From Fastidiosibacter lacustris (lineage in GTDB: Bacteria > Pseudomonadota > Gammaproteobacteria > Francisellales > Francisellaceae), in the NCBI RefSeq assembly GCF_003428155.1, contig NZ_QLIR01000016.1:1-32000 (forward strand): a DNA stretch of 32,000 nt, read 5' to 3'. Within the stretch, counting starts at the first letter, position 1. The number at the start of each line of letters is the position of its first letter. Under the pieces are notes generated by a model. That model was not told the DNA's origin and did no database searches. It worked only from the letters and a program-made list of their open reading frames with translations. This document shows, piece by piece, positions 16,462-26,571 of this stretch. A program made the position numbers and the translations under genes.

Positions 16462-16876
16462 CGGTTACCAATCCCACACTTGCTACACCCGCTTTTTGCA
16501 ATAACACCATTGCTTCTACAACCTGTCCATAGCTTGCATTTTTATCGCCTCGCACATACACCTGTTTACCTTTATCTTGAGATAAGGTAGTACTAATAAT
16601 ACTTGTAAGCTGCGCTGCTGTAAGCGCGGTATTCTCATTGTTACGATTTAAGAAATATTGCCCTTGCTGATTGACGGTAACAATCAAGGGCTTTTGATCA
16701 GTTGGTGGAATCTTCTGTGCCTGAGCCTGTGGCAAATCGACCTTGACCCCTTGGGTGAGCATTGGTGCAGTGATCATAAAAATAACCAAAAGCACAAGCA
16801 TCACGTCAATATAAGGAACAACATTAATTTCAACCATCGCCTTACCTGTGGTACGGCGAGAGTGTTTACGACGCAT
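16445..16876 (-). CDS. tolR: Tol-Pal system protein TolR (ExbD family)
   Basis: EINVVPYIDVMLVLLVIFMITAP is the ExbD/TolR TM signature. The 143-aa ORF overlaps the tolQ stop in the ATGA style. Confidence 0.9.
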   Translation of the reverse strand: MRRKHSRRTTGKAMVEINVVPYIDVMLVLLVIFMITAPMLTQGVKVDLPQAQAQKIPPTDQKPLIVTVNQQGQYFLNRNNENTALTAAQLTSIISTTLSQDKGKQVYVRGDKNASYGQVVEAMVLLQKAGVASVGLVTDDSQR

Positions 16877-17571
16877 TATAGTGCCTCGCTGATACCTGGT
16901 TTATATGCTTCACGATAAAGCAAAGTACAAAGCTCATCTTGAAAATTCTCATATTCCAATAACATTGCATCTACTGCACGCGAATAGCGGTTATAACCCA
17001 CAACCGCAGGAATCGCAACAAATAAACCCAATGCAGTGGCAATTAAGGCTTCAGCAATATGAGGAGCCACCATTGACAAAGTAGCCTGCTCAACGCCACT
17101 TAGCGCGGTAAAGGAAGCCATAATTCCCCACACAGTTCCTAATAATCCAACGTAAGGCGCAATCGAACCAATCGTGCCTAAAAGTGAAATTTGATGTTCA
17201 AGCTTTTGGCTTTCTTGCATCATGGCAACACGCATTGAACGCTCAACCCCTTCCAATACAATATCACCATGCAAAGCTGACTGTTTACGTAAACGCATAA
17301 ACTCACGAAAACCGCAACTAAATAAATACGACATGCCCTGTGCTTTTTGCTTATTATGCTGTAACTGCTGATAGACTTTACTGATGTTACCACTTGACCA
17401 AAATTCCTTTACAAATGATTTTGCTTCAAGCCTTGCGCTTTTAATCACATGATAACGTTGGATCATAATCGCCCATGACCAAACTGAACCCACAATTAAA
17501 ATTAATATAATAAGCTGCACCACAATATCTGCATTTAAAACCAAATGCCAAAAAGATAAATTATTGGACAC
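16876..17571 (-). CDS. tolQ: Tol-Pal system protein TolQ (MotA/ExbB family)
   Basis: It has three TM segments and the conserved LGTIGSIAPYVGLLGTVWGIM ... VAPHIAEALIATALGLFVAIPAVVGYN. Confidence 0.9.
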   Translation of the reverse strand: MSNNLSFWHLVLNADIVVQLIILILIVGSVWSWAIMIQRYHVIKSARLEAKSFVKEFWSSGNISKVYQQLQHNKQKAQGMSYLFSCGFREFMRLRKQSALHGDIVLEGVERSMRVAMMQESQKLEHQISLLGTIGSIAPYVGLLGTVWGIMASFTALSGVEQATLSMVAPHIAEALIATALGLFVAIPAVVGYNRYSRAVDAMLLEYENFQDELCTLLYREAYKPGISEAL

Positions 17572-17812
17572 ACAAACCCCGCTATTGCTATTAATACAAT
17601 GGCTTTATTATATGATGATTACATAAATTACCAAAGCCTATTACGGCGAAATTGCAAAAACACTGTAGGATTGTTTGCTTAATCAAAATCAATAAAATTT
17701 AAGTGATCCTCACTGACATTGCATTAAGACAAATGCTTGCTATTCCAAAAGCAAGTAAGTGTTGAGAATGCTAATTGCCATATTTCACTCTTCCTTTCCT
17801 TTGAAGCATTAA

Positions 17813-18598
17813 CTAATTAATTGCACCCATACTGACACAATGGTAACCAGCATCGACATGAATCACCTCGCCAGTAATTCCACTTGCTAAGTCAGACGCT
17901 AAAAATGCAACTGTGTTTCCAACCTCCAAAATATCAATATTTCTTTTAAGCGGTGCGACTTGTGCATTATAATCCAACATTTTTCTAAAACTTTTGATCC
18001 CTGATGCTGCTAACGTTCGAATTGGTCCTGCTGAAACTGCATTAGCACGAATACCTTCTGCACCTAAAGATAGTGCTGTATAGCGAACGGTTGCCTCTAA
18101 AGCTGCTTTGGCAACTCCCATTGTGTTATAGCTTGGCATAGCACGCTCGGCACCTAAATAGGTTAAGGTTGTAACGGAGGAGTTTCTACCTTGCATCATT
18201 TTACGCCCTGCCTTTGCTAGTGCTGCAAAACTATATGCACTAATATCATGTGAAATCTTAAATCCTTCGCGTGTTACAGCCGATATAAAATCTCCTTCTA
18301 ACTGATCAGCAGGTGCATATGCGACCGAATGAACGATTCCATCCAAACCCTCCCAGTTTTGTCCTAAAATTGTGAAGACATTTTCAATTTGCTCATCACT
18401 TGTCACATCACATTCAATCAGTGCAGCAGGATGATAATGCTCCGTGAGCTTTTCAATACGCTCTTTGAAACGTTCATTTTGATAAGTAAACGCAAGTTCA
18501 GCACCTTCACGGTGCATCGCTTCTGCCACACCATAAGCAATCGATTTATTGCTTAGTAACCCAACGATTAGAACCTTTTTGTCTTTTAAAAAACCCAT
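17813..18598 (-). CDS. fabI: Enoyl-[acyl-carrier-protein] reductase (NADH)
   Basis: It begins [28 protein letters not shown], continues ...SVAYAP...[17 protein letters not shown]... with the Y-x6-K catalytic pair, and ends [11 protein letters not shown]. Confidence 0.95.
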   Translation of the reverse strand: MGFLKDKKVLIVGLLSNKSIAYGVAEAMHREGAELAFTYQNERFKERIEKLTEHYHPAALIECDVTSDEQIENVFTILGQNWEGLDGIVHSVAYAPADQLEGDFISAVTREGFKISHDISAYSFAALAKAGRKMMQGRNSSVTTLTYLGAERAMPSYNTMGVAKAALEATVRYTALSLGAEGIRANAVSAGPIRTLAASGIKSFRKMLDYNAQVAPLKRNIDILEVGNTVAFLASDLASGITGEVIHVDAGYHCVSMGAIN

Positions 18599-18778
18599 TG
18601 ATTTTCCTTAATTTTTAATTAACAAACCGATACACCTATTTATTATGCAATAATTTATCATTTGCTGCAGCAACTAACATAGCATGAATGCTAGATTGTG
18701 TTACCATACCCACTGACTTACTCCATAGTAATTGTGAATCATCTAAAAGCAAAAACAACAGAAACTAAAAGAAAGAAA

Positions 18779-19516
18779 ATGAATAAAACACGAAAAACAT
18801 TACACCCACGTGCGCATACTGAGGCCACGACTTATGGTAACGTTCACTTTGATCAATCGCGAGCCACATGGAATATTTTTAAAGTCATGTCAGAACTTGT
18901 TGAGGGATATGAACGCTTAGATGACATACAACCTGCTGTTAGCATCTTTGGTTCTGCGCGCTTGCCTAGCTCTTCCAAGCATTTTCGCGATGCTGAGGAA
19001 ATTGCACGCAGGCTCTCAGACAAAGGTTTTAGTATTATTACTGGCGGCGGACACGGGATTATGGCTGCTGGTAATATCGGTGCCTCAAGGGGGGAAGGAG
19101 TAAGCATAGGTTTAAACATTCAATTACCGTTTGAACAAATTCCGAACCAACATCAAGACATCTCACTTCATTATCGCTATTTCTTCACACGCAAAGCAAT
19201 GTTTGTTAAACATTCAATGGCCTACATTAGCATGCCTGGTGGTTTTGGCACACTTGATGAGCTCTTTGATATTGCAACGCTCGTGCAAACCAAGAAAAAA
19301 CGCCATATGCCAATTATTCTATTTAACACTCGTTTTTGGAAAGGATTATTGGACTGGGTAAATACTAAGCTTATTGAGGAAGGCGTGATTGGCGAAAACG
19401 ATCCCAATCTTTTGCTTACAACAGACTCAATAGATGAGGTTGTTGATATTATCAGCAAACATCACGAAGAAAACCAAAACAAAAAAGTTGATAAAAAAGC
19501 AGAATTTATTTTTTAA
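18779..19516 (+). CDS. LOG family (TIGR00730) nucleotide 5'-monophosphate nucleosidase / cytokinin riboside 5'-monophosphate phosphoribohydrolase-like protein
   Basis: LOG motifs are present: SIFGSARL, ITGGGHGIMAAGN, YFFTRK and the signature PGGFGTLDELFD. The ORF track starts at 18698; the ATG at 18779 (MNKTRK...) fits family length better. Confidence 0.8.
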   Translation: MNKTRKTLHPRAHTEATTYGNVHFDQSRATWNIFKVMSELVEGYERLDDIQPAVSIFGSARLPSSSKHFRDAEEIARRLSDKGFSIITGGGHGIMAAGNIGASRGEGVSIGLNIQLPFEQIPNQHQDISLHYRYFFTRKAMFVKHSMAYISMPGGFGTLDELFDIATLVQTKKKRHMPIILFNTRFWKGLLDWVNTKLIEEGVIGENDPNLLLTTDSIDEVVDIISKHHEENQNKKVDKKAEFIF

Positions 19517-19525
19517 GGAGTATTA

Positions 19526-19777
19526 ATGGATTACCTCCATCAAGCAATCACGAATCTTTTTCAGAATATTTACTATTTGATTGCAGCCTTTACTGTTATT
19601 GTCCATCTTGTTTGTACACTTGCAGTGATTCGTGATTTGAATAATTTCACAAAGCATAACGTTACCCCACAAATGCTGCCTAATTTTGCATGGGTGATTA
19701 CCGTATTAATCAGTGGCATTTGGGGATTATTTATCTACTGGATAATGCATCATTCGAGTTTATGCAGACGCTCGTAG
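19526..19777 (+). CDS. Small two-TM membrane protein, unknown function
   Basis: The 83-aa ORF starts 9 nt after the LOG stop and is preceded by AAGGAG. It has two hydrophobic helices (IYYLIAAFTVIVHLVCTLAVI; FAWVITVLISGIWGLFIYWIM). Confidence 0.5.
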   Translation: MDYLHQAITNLFQNIYYLIAAFTVIVHLVCTLAVIRDLNNFTKHNVTPQMLPNFAWVITVLISGIWGLFIYWIMHHSSLCRRS

Positions 19778-19822
19778 CCATATGTGAAACAGATTTTAAT
19801 ATATACAAACCAAGATGAATAA

Positions 19823-20452
19823 ATGCAAAAATTGGATAAAACGTTTTTTGATAAAGATGCCATTACATTGGCAAAGAGATTGTTGGGGAAAGTAATCTAC
19901 CGTTATCATCAAGGTATATGGCTTAAAGCACAAATCATTGAAACTGAAAGCTATGAACTAGAAGATAAAGCAAGTCATGCCTGATTGGGTTATACAGAAA
20001 AGCGTAAAGCCTTGTTCATGCCGGCTGGTACGATCTATATGTACTATGCCAGAGGTGGAGATTCATTTAATATATCGGCAGCAGGTAAAGGTAATACCGT
20101 GTTAATAAAATCGGCTGTGGCTTTTTTGGATGACAGAGAAGATACTTCGGTTATGTTGCAATGTATGCTTAAACTAAATCCATTAAGAGGTGGTAAACCA
20201 CGTCAAACTAAGCGTTTATTATCTGGTCAAACCCTGTTGTGTAAGGCTTTGAACCTGAAAGTGTGCGACTGGGATCAACAACAATTCAATGATGTTTTTT
20301 ATATCGTTGACGTTGGTTACACACCTAATGAGATCATTCAAACTACGCGCTTAGGGATTCCCAAGCATCGAGATCCAGATTTACCCTATCGTTTTATTGA
20401 CAAGGCTTATGCGCATTTGTCTACCAAAAATCCGTTGACGGTTAAAAAATAA
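19823..20452 (+). pseudogene. mpg: DNA-3-methyladenine glycosylase (Mpg/AAG family) interrupted by an in-frame TGA at 19982-19984
   Basis: The 53 codons from the ATG at 19823 read MQKLDKTFFDKDAITLAKRLLGKVI...AQIIETESYELEDKASHA*. The same frame continues LGYTEKRKALFMPAGTIYMYYARGG...VLIKS...RLGI (track ORF 19985..20452). Together these reproduce the family motifs LLGk, ETEaY..D.AsH, T.R...mF..G..Y.Y. Confidence 0.75.
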
Positions 20453-20694
20453 ATGTATTCCATCTCAAAAACTCTTTTTACTCTTCGTCAATTGCTTTAA
20501 ATTTGGATACGCTTAAAAGCCAGTTCGAAATAGGAAAATTATTATTGATTTGGAGACCATAAAAAAACTTTGCCAATTGCTGCTTAACCCCAAATCGATT
20601 ATAAGGTATACTTGCCCATGTTTTGCCCTTTGTGTGAATAAACGCGCAAAAATATTGTTAAACAAACCATAATAGTAAAAATAGTGAGAAAGAT

Positions 20695-21870
20695 ATGAAT
20701 TTACATGAGTATCAAGCAAAACAGCTTTTTGCTGAATATGGCTTACCCGTTTCTAAGGGTTATGCGGTAGAAAGTGTTGAAGAAGCGTTGGTTGCTGTTG
20801 ATAAAATTGGTGGTGATACTTGGGTGGTTAAAGCACAGGTTCATGCTGGTGGTCGTGGTAAGGCAGGTGGTGTGAAGCTTGTTTCTAACAAAGAAGATGT
20901 TGCAAACTTTGTAAAACGCATGATGAGAACTCGCCTTGTTACTTTTCAAACTGATGAAAAAGGTCAACCCGTCAGCAAGGTTCTTATCGAAAGTTGCACC
21001 GATATCGCCAAAGAATTATATCTAAGTGCCGTGGTTGATCGTGGTACACGTCGCATTATTTTTATGGCTTCAACTGAAGGCGGCGTTGAGATTGAAGAAG
21101 TTGCTGCTCACGCACCTCATAAAATTTTCAAAGAGATCGTCGATCCGCTTGTCGGTGCACAACCATATCAAGGTCGCAAGCTTGCATTTAAGCTTGGTCT
21201 TGACGGCAATCAAATCAAGCAGTTTGTTAAGATTTTTTTAGGTCTTGCCAAGATGTTCCAAGAAAGAGATTTAGAGCTTTTAGAAATTAACCCACTTGTT
21301 ATTACAAATGAAGCTAACCTTCATTGTTTAGATGCAAAAGTATCGGTTGATAACAATGCCTTATATCGCCAACCGCAATTAGCGGAATGGCGCGATCTGT
21401 CTCAAGAAGATGAGCGTGAAGCGCGTGCAGCTGCATGGGAGCTTAACTATGTGGCACTAGATGGTGACATCGGTTGCATGGTTAATGGTGCGGGCTTGGC
21501 GATGGCAACAATGGATATTGTTAAACTTCATGGTGGACGTCCTGCTAACTTCTTAGATGTTGGCGGGGGTGCAACCAAAGAACGTGTAGCTGAGGCATTT
21601 AAAATCATCCTGTCTGATTCAGCAGTTAAAGGTGTTTTTGTTAATATTTTCGGTGGGATTGTTCGTTGTGACATGATCGCAGAAGGCATTATAGCTGCTG
21701 TTGAAGAAGTAGGGGTAAAAGTACCTGTGGTTGTCCGTTTGGCAGGAACAAACGCACAGCTAGGTGCAAAAAAATTAAAAGAAAGTGGCTTGAATATCAT
21801 TGCAGCTACAGGTTTTACAGATGGTGCGAAGAAAATCATCGAAGCAGTTAAAGAGGTAACTCACGTATGA
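20695..21870 (+). CDS. sucC: Succinyl-CoA synthetase beta subunit (ADP-forming)
   Basis: It begins [19 protein letters not shown], continues ...[19 protein letters not shown]..., and contains [14 protein letters not shown] and [10 protein letters not shown]. Confidence 0.97.
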   Translation: MNLHEYQAKQLFAEYGLPVSKGYAVESVEEALVAVDKIGGDTWVVKAQVHAGGRGKAGGVKLVSNKEDVANFVKRMMRTRLVTFQTDEKGQPVSKVLIESCTDIAKELYLSAVVDRGTRRIIFMASTEGGVEIEEVAAHAPHKIFKEIVDPLVGAQPYQGRKLAFKLGLDGNQIKQFVKIFLGLAKMFQERDLELLEINPLVITNEANLHCLDAKVSVDNNALYRQPQLAEWRDLSQEDEREARAAAWELNYVALDGDIGCMVNGAGLAMATMDIVKLHGGRPANFLDVGGGATKERVAEAFKIILSDSAVKGVFVNIFGGIVRCDMIAEGIIAAVEEVGVKVPVVVRLAGTNAQLGAKKLKESGLNIIAATGFTDGAKKIIEAVKEVTHV

Positions 21871-22754
21871 GCGTATTAGTTAATAAAAACACAAAAGTTA
21901 TTTGCCAAGGCTTCACAGGTAAGCAAGGTACTTTCCATTCTGATCAAGCAATTGCTTATGGGACAAAAATGGTGGGCGGTGTAACTCCAGGTAAAGGTGG
22001 AACAATCCATCTAGGTTTGCCAGTATTTAACACCGTACAAGAAGCTGTTGACGTAGTGCAACCAGATGCAACTGTTATTTATGTGCCAGCGCCTTTCTGT
22101 AAGGATTCTATCATAGAAGCTGCAGATGCAGGCATTAAACTTATCGTTTGTATTACAGAAGGCATTCCAGTTATGGATATGCTTAAAACAAAAGTCTACC
22201 TAGAACGCTCAGGGTCACGTTTAATCGGTCCAAATTGTCCTGGTGTGATCACACCAGGTGAATGTAAAATTGGTATTATGCCAGGCAATATTCATAAGCC
22301 AGGTAAAGTGGGGATTGTTTCTCGCTCCGGCACATTGACTTATGAAGCCGTAAATCAAACTACCGCGCTTGGTTTTGGTCAGTCAACTTGTATCGGAATA
22401 GGTGGTGACCCTATCCCTGGTACAAACTTTATTGATGCGCTAGCAATGTTCCAAAACGATCCACAAACTGAAGCAATTATCATGGTTGGTGAAATCGGTG
22501 GTTCAGCAGAAGAAGAAGCAGCTGAATATATCAAGCACCATGTTACCAAGCCTGTGGTATCTTATATTGCAGGTGTTACTGCTCCTGCTGGTAAACGTAT
22601 GGGGCATGCTGGTGCGATTATCTCTGGTGGTAAAGGTACAGCCGCTGAGAAATTTGCTGCATTAGAGGCAGCAGGTGTTGCAGTGAGTAAATCGCCAGCT
22701 GAAATGGGTAAAATTCTGCAACAAGTAACTGGCTGGACAGTTGAAACGGTTTAA
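21867..22754 (+). CDS. sucD: Succinyl-CoA synthetase alpha subunit
   Basis: It contains [45 protein letters not shown] and [15 protein letters not shown] with the phospho-His. Its ATG overlaps the sucC TGA (GTATGAGC). Confidence 0.97.
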   Translation: MSVLVNKNTKVICQGFTGKQGTFHSDQAIAYGTKMVGGVTPGKGGTIHLGLPVFNTVQEAVDVVQPDATVIYVPAPFCKDSIIEAADAGIKLIVCITEGIPVMDMLKTKVYLERSGSRLIGPNCPGVITPGECKIGIMPGNIHKPGKVGIVSRSGTLTYEAVNQTTALGFGQSTCIGIGGDPIPGTNFIDALAMFQNDPQTEAIIMVGEIGGSAEEEAAEYIKHHVTKPVVSYIAGVTAPAGKRMGHAGAIISGGKGTAAEKFAALEAAGVAVSKSPAEMGKILQQVTGWTVETV

Positions 22755-22777
22755 ATATTTAGTTGAAGGAAGTCTCG

Positions 22778-22817
22778 AAAAGTCTTGCTGTCAAACAACA
22801 GCAAGACTTTTTTATTT
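22778..22817 (+). terminator. Rho-independent terminator after sucD
   Basis: The stem AGTCTTGCTGT (22781-22791) pairs with ACAGCAAGACT (22798-22808). It is extendable by flanking A/T pairs, has a 6-nt loop, and is followed by TTTTTTATTT. Confidence 0.7.
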
Positions 22818-22889
22818 GAGCCCTAAATACTCTAAGCAACTTTGCAACAAACTTTAAAAGAATCCACCTAAAAGATAGGGGGAATAAAA

Positions 22890-23162
22890 ATGGAAAAAAT
22901 TCGAATTTTTGCTGTTTATTTTGTTTATTACACCGTAATTGGAGCGTTAAGTGCATGGATTCCGCTTACTTGGTTTGGTCTATACTTTGGATTACCTTCT
23001 ATTTTGATTGCGGCAATTGTTTTATCAGTTTTACGAATATTTGAACTAGGTTCAACGTGTGCATCATTACGATTGGTTTTTTCAGTTAACAGGTTTTCGA
23101 TTGCGGTATTAGTGTTATTCGTTGTTGATTGCTTATATACGATTTGGGTTATTTATATATGA
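22890..23162 (+). CDS. Small hydrophobic protein (about 3 TM), hypothetical
   Basis: The 90-aa ORF follows the sucD terminator and is preceded by a purine-rich AGGGGG. The sequence is almost entirely hydrophobic and I recognise no family. Confidence 0.35.
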   Translation: MEKIRIFAVYFVYYTVIGALSAWIPLTWFGLYFGLPSILIAAIVLSVLRIFELGSTCASLRLVFSVNRFSIAVLVLFVVDCLYTIWVIYI

Positions 23163-23224
23163 TTTGGGTTCTTTACAACACCTTTAGTTATTTATGAATT
23201 TTTATAACAAACTGGTAAAAACCG

Positions 23225-23575
23225 TTAGTTACTCACATAAATAGTTCCAGGAGGGGAATAATCACCACTGACGCTAATCAATTTATTGTCTTTAAAAGTC
23301 AAAATAAGTTGTTTGTCATTGCGTGGTGCATCATACGATTGTTGGTAACTATAAATATAATTCCATTGATTTTGGTCAAATGGATCAATAATATCAGGTG
23401 AGCCCAAGATGTATTTGATCTGTTCGGGTGTCATACCTGGCTTGATCTGCTGCATTACATTTTGTGGCAAGATCTTTCCTTGTTGTATTGGTGGGGTATA
23501 AGGACTGAAAATACTACACCCCGAAAACGCCAAGACGCTTAGTAAACAAACTGAAATAAGTAATCTATTTTGCAT
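23225..23575 (-). CDS. bamE: Outer membrane protein assembly factor BamE (SmpA/OmlA lipoprotein)
   Basis: The lipobox is LAFSGC, followed by QQGKILPQNVMQQIKPGMTPEQIKYILGSPDIIDPFDQNQWNYIY. This is the BamE signature. Confidence 0.8.
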   Translation of the reverse strand: MQNRLLISVCLLSVLAFSGCSIFSPYTPPIQQGKILPQNVMQQIKPGMTPEQIKYILGSPDIIDPFDQNQWNYIYSYQQSYDAPRNDKQLILTFKDNKLISVSGDYSPPGTIYVSN

Positions 23576-23601
23576 CGTTTAATCTATCTATTTATGTTTT
23601 T

Positions 23602-24189
23602 TTATACTCCAAAAAGTCCGCGATCAAGGGTATCACATAGGCAGTTAATAACGATTAGCTGTCCTTCGTGAATACAAGTCGTCTTATCGGAGGGGATGCG
23701 AATTTCAACATCACTGGGCTGATACATGTGGCGTAGTTTACCACCATCTTTGCCGGTTAAGCTAATGATATGCATATTTTTTTCATGTGCAATCTTAATT
23801 GCTTCAATAATGTTTTCCGCGTTGCCACTCGTAGTAATACATAGCAAAACGTCTTCAGCCTGCCCTAGTGCACTGATTTGCTGAGCAAAAATCGACTTGT
23901 AAGCTTGATCATTGGCAATGGCACTTAAAACTGTGCTATTAGACGCAAGTGAAATTGCAGGCAGTGCAGGGCGCTCCATCAAAAAACGGTGGATCAGCTG
24001 AGTGCTAAAGTAGTTAGCTAAAGCCGCTGTGCCACCATTGCCACAGGTAAGGACTTTTTTTCCATTTACAATGGTTGAAACCAGCATTTGACCTGCATGT
24101 GCAATAGCGTCAGCTAGACTATCGGCAATTAGGATGCTGGTTTGAATTGAATGACTAAAATGATCTTTGACACGTTCAGATAAATCCAT
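23602..24189 (-). CDS. diaA: SIS-domain protein, DnaA initiator-associating protein DiaA (GmhA paralog)
   Basis: It is colinear with E. coli DiaA: ERVKDHFSHSIQT..., CGNGGTAALANYF, ERPALPAISL, LSAIANDQ, DVLLCITTSGN, SLTGKDGG, DVEIRIPS, VINCLCDTLD. Confidence 0.8.
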   Translation of the reverse strand: MDLSERVKDHFSHSIQTSILIADSLADAIAHAGQMLVSTIVNGKKVLTCGNGGTAALANYFSTQLIHRFLMERPALPAISLASNSTVLSAIANDQAYKSIFAQQISALGQAEDVLLCITTSGNAENIIEAIKIAHEKNMHIISLTGKDGGKLRHMYQPSDVEIRIPSDKTTCIHEGQLIVINCLCDTLDRGLFGV

Positions 24190-24309
24190 GCTAAATTCCT
24201 GCTATCTAAGGATTGCTATAAACTATAGATTTGATTAATCTGCCACAATAAAATTTTTAGGTCAAATGGCTTTGCAGGAATTATTGATATGAGAAATAGA
24301 GGTGCAATT

Positions 24310-25044
24310 ATGAATACACTTAATGTTGCATGGAATTTGTACCGCTCTACATTGAAAGTATGCTTCATATTTGCGCTTGTCAGTGCGGTTATTGCTGAAT
24401 ATTTTAAGCTTTATGCACTAAACGCTGGCGTTGGAGAAATTATCCATGCTTATATGCAAAGTGGGCAAATCCCAGCCACACTACCTGATGCCGAAGTATT
24501 AGCACTGTTGGGTTTAAGTTCGATGTTTATCACAATGTGTGTTTATGGATTGTTGATTTGTATTGGAGGAGAGTATTTTAAAGAAGGTGTCATAAAACCT
24601 GAGCTTATGAAAAATGCCTTTGCAATATTTAGAAAGCGTTTCGGTTTGTTTTTGCTTGTTTGCATTTTAAATGGATTTCTGTGGTTTTTAGCTAGCTTTT
24701 TAAGCATATTTGGATTTTGGTTGGTAACGAGCTTCACGCTTATATTATTACCCACTGTTTTACTCGGTAATGTCGGTGTGTGGATGAGCTTTCGTGAAAA
24801 TTTTCGCTTGCTAGGTAGCAACGTATTATATGCGCTGCAATTGGGATTTATTATAGTTGCCATATTGCTAATTAAATACGTAGTTTATGCGCTATTTGCT
24901 GCAATTGGCGATGGCGTTAGTTTTGGTATTAATCATGTCGTAATTATCTTTATTGATGCTTTTAGCTTAGCGTTCATCGTCATGGTGATGGTGGCAGCAT
25001 TTTATGAGTTAAATGCGAAAGATGATTTGCCAATAGAAAATTAA
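24310..25044 (+). CDS. Polytopic inner-membrane protein (about 6 TM), unknown function
   Basis: The ORF track starts at 24289; the ATG at 24310 follows AGAGG. It has multiple long hydrophobic helices. A possible YciC/UPF0259-like topology is only an impression. Confidence 0.55.
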   Translation: MNTLNVAWNLYRSTLKVCFIFALVSAVIAEYFKLYALNAGVGEIIHAYMQSGQIPATLPDAEVLALLGLSSMFITMCVYGLLICIGGEYFKEGVIKPELMKNAFAIFRKRFGLFLLVCILNGFLWFLASFLSIFGFWLVTSFTLILLPTVLLGNVGVWMSFRENFRLLGSNVLYALQLGFIIVAILLIKYVVYALFAAIGDGVSFGINHVVIIFIDAFSLAFIVMVMVAAFYELNAKDDLPIEN

Positions 25045-25682
25045 GGGTAAATCGTCCGCATATCCGTGACCATCATATTGGCTTTAACGGCATTAATTAA
25101 TCCTGGTTTACCATCCTCAAAAACATGACACTTATCACATTCAACACCAAGCCTGTCAGCTATTAAAGTAAAGGCTTCAGGGTATTCTTTGGTAGGGTGG
25201 TCATCATCTGCGGTAATAATGAACTCGAATAAATTTTTTATGTTTAGTGTATCAAGCGTTTTAAGAACGTTTTGACATGATCCTCCTGAAATGACAACCA
25301 TTGGTAGTTTACCGTGGTACCTTTTTATAAGATCAACTATTGGAGTGATTGGAATGACTTTGTTGATACTTTGTTCAGCAAGGCTCTCTTTTTCATGCGC
25401 AAGTTTATGTAGATCAAAACGTGTTTGATCTATGTGTGAGGTGAGCTTTTTTAAGATTTGTAACGTCGGAATGCCATTATAGTGGGTAAGCTCATCCGTA
25501 CTTAAATTAAATTGGTGCCGTTTGGCAATAGTATGCCATGCTTCGTTATGAATAATCATGCTATCGGCAATGGTGCCATCGCAGTCAAAAATAAGTGCTT
25601 GAGTTTTGGGATGGATGTAGATCATGGTATTTCTCACAGATTTTGATAAATTTTGCTGTACCATTATTGACATAATTATCAA
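25041..25682 (-). CDS. HAD-superfamily hydrolase, subfamily IA (beta-phosphoglucomutase/phosphatase-like)
   Basis: It contains ALIFDCDGTIADS (motif I, DxD) and VISGGS, and ends ...VFEDGKPGLINAVKANM. The real start may be the internal MIYIHPK (about 25625). Confidence 0.7.
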   Translation of the reverse strand: MIIMSIMVQQNLSKSVRNTMIYIHPKTQALIFDCDGTIADSMIIHNEAWHTIAKRHQFNLSTDELTHYNGIPTLQILKKLTSHIDQTRFDLHKLAHEKESLAEQSINKVIPITPIVDLIKRYHGKLPMVVISGGSCQNVLKTLDTLNIKNLFEFIITADDDHPTKEYPEAFTLIADRLGVECDKCHVFEDGKPGLINAVKANMMVTDMRTIYP

Positions 25683-25816
25683 GCTTTAGCAAACTTTTGC
25701 GCACTGAATTTGATTCAATAACTTTATTTGCCATGACCTGTATATAAGCCTTGAGCTTACTTATAGGCTGAAATAAAGCTTAACTATACATGGCATACGA
25801 AAACAAGGAGAAAGAA

Positions 25817-26422
25817 ATGAGTGTTTTAGTAGGGCGCAAAGCGCCAGAATTTACAGCAGCAGCCGTATTGGCTTCAGGTGAAATCGTCAATGCTCTTGAG
25901 TTTAGTAAGGCGCGTAATGACAAATATGCCGCCGTTGTATTTTACCCATTGGATTTCACATTTGTTTGTCCATCTGAGCTTATTGCTTTAGATAAACGTG
26001 TTGATGAGCTTAAAAAATTAGGTGTGGAAGTATTTGCAGTGTCGATTGATTCTCAATTTACTCACAACGCTTGGCGCAATACCCCAATCAACCAAGGTGG
26101 TATTGGTGCGGTTAACTATACAATGGTTGCTGATGTTGATCATAGCATTGTTAAAGCCTATGGTGTTGAGCATCCCGAAGCTGCTGTTGCTTTCCGTGGT
26201 ACTTTTTTAATTGACAAAGAAGGTGTAGTTAGACATCAAGTAGTGAATGACCTTCCACTTGGTCGCAATATGGATGAATTAATACGTATGGTCAAAGCAC
26301 TCCAATTCTACGAAAAGCATGGTGAAGTTTGCCCTGCTGGTTGGAAGGAAGGTGATAAAGGGATGAGTGCATCACCTGAGGGCGTTGCCAGTTATTTGGC
26401 AGAAAATGCAGAATCTTTGTAA
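25817..26422 (+). CDS. ahpC: Typical 2-Cys peroxiredoxin (AhpC/TsaA type)
   Basis: It has the peroxidatic Cys motif FYPLDFTFVCPSEL and the resolving Cys in HGEVCPAGWKEG. The ATG at 25817 follows AAGGAGA; the ORF track starts at 25790. Confidence 0.9.
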   Translation: MSVLVGRKAPEFTAAAVLASGEIVNALEFSKARNDKYAAVVFYPLDFTFVCPSELIALDKRVDELKKLGVEVFAVSIDSQFTHNAWRNTPINQGGIGAVNYTMVADVDHSIVKAYGVEHPEAAVAFRGTFLIDKEGVVRHQVVNDLPLGRNMDELIRMVKALQFYEKHGEVCPAGWKEGDKGMSASPEGVASYLAENAESL

Positions 26423-26571
26423 TTTTTATTAAAAAATGATATGAATTGCTTGAAAATTTAAAATAAAGTGTTACCTTTGTCGGGGTGTAGTTTTTAAGAC
26501 GGTTAGAATACCGCGAGAAAAGGAATAAAAATTTAATAAAAATAAGTTTTAAAACAGTTGAGGAGAAACTA

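Noticed and set aside
19982-19984. Possibility that the in-frame TGA in mpg is decoded as Trp (alternative code) or selenocysteine
   Set aside because: TGA terminates several clearly complete genes in the same window (immunity gene at 855-857, sucC, lpxL), so a TGA=Trp code is unlikely. I saw no SECIS-like hairpin immediately downstream, and the position is not a redox-active site in this enzyme family.
16876-22754. Absence of ybgC upstream of tolQ and of sdh/sucAB upstream of sucCD as evidence of something novel
   Set aside because: Both arrangements vary widely among gammaproteobacteria, and the missing genes may simply be elsewhere in the genome. This is mentioned only as context for the decay observation.
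23133-23170. Near-perfect 18-bp direct repeat (ttatatacgatttgggtt / ttatatatgatttgggtt) spanning the stop of the 90-aa hydrophobic ORF
   Set aside because: It is a single short duplication with no further copies in the window and no associated structure. It is probably a replication-slippage remnant of no demonstrable function.
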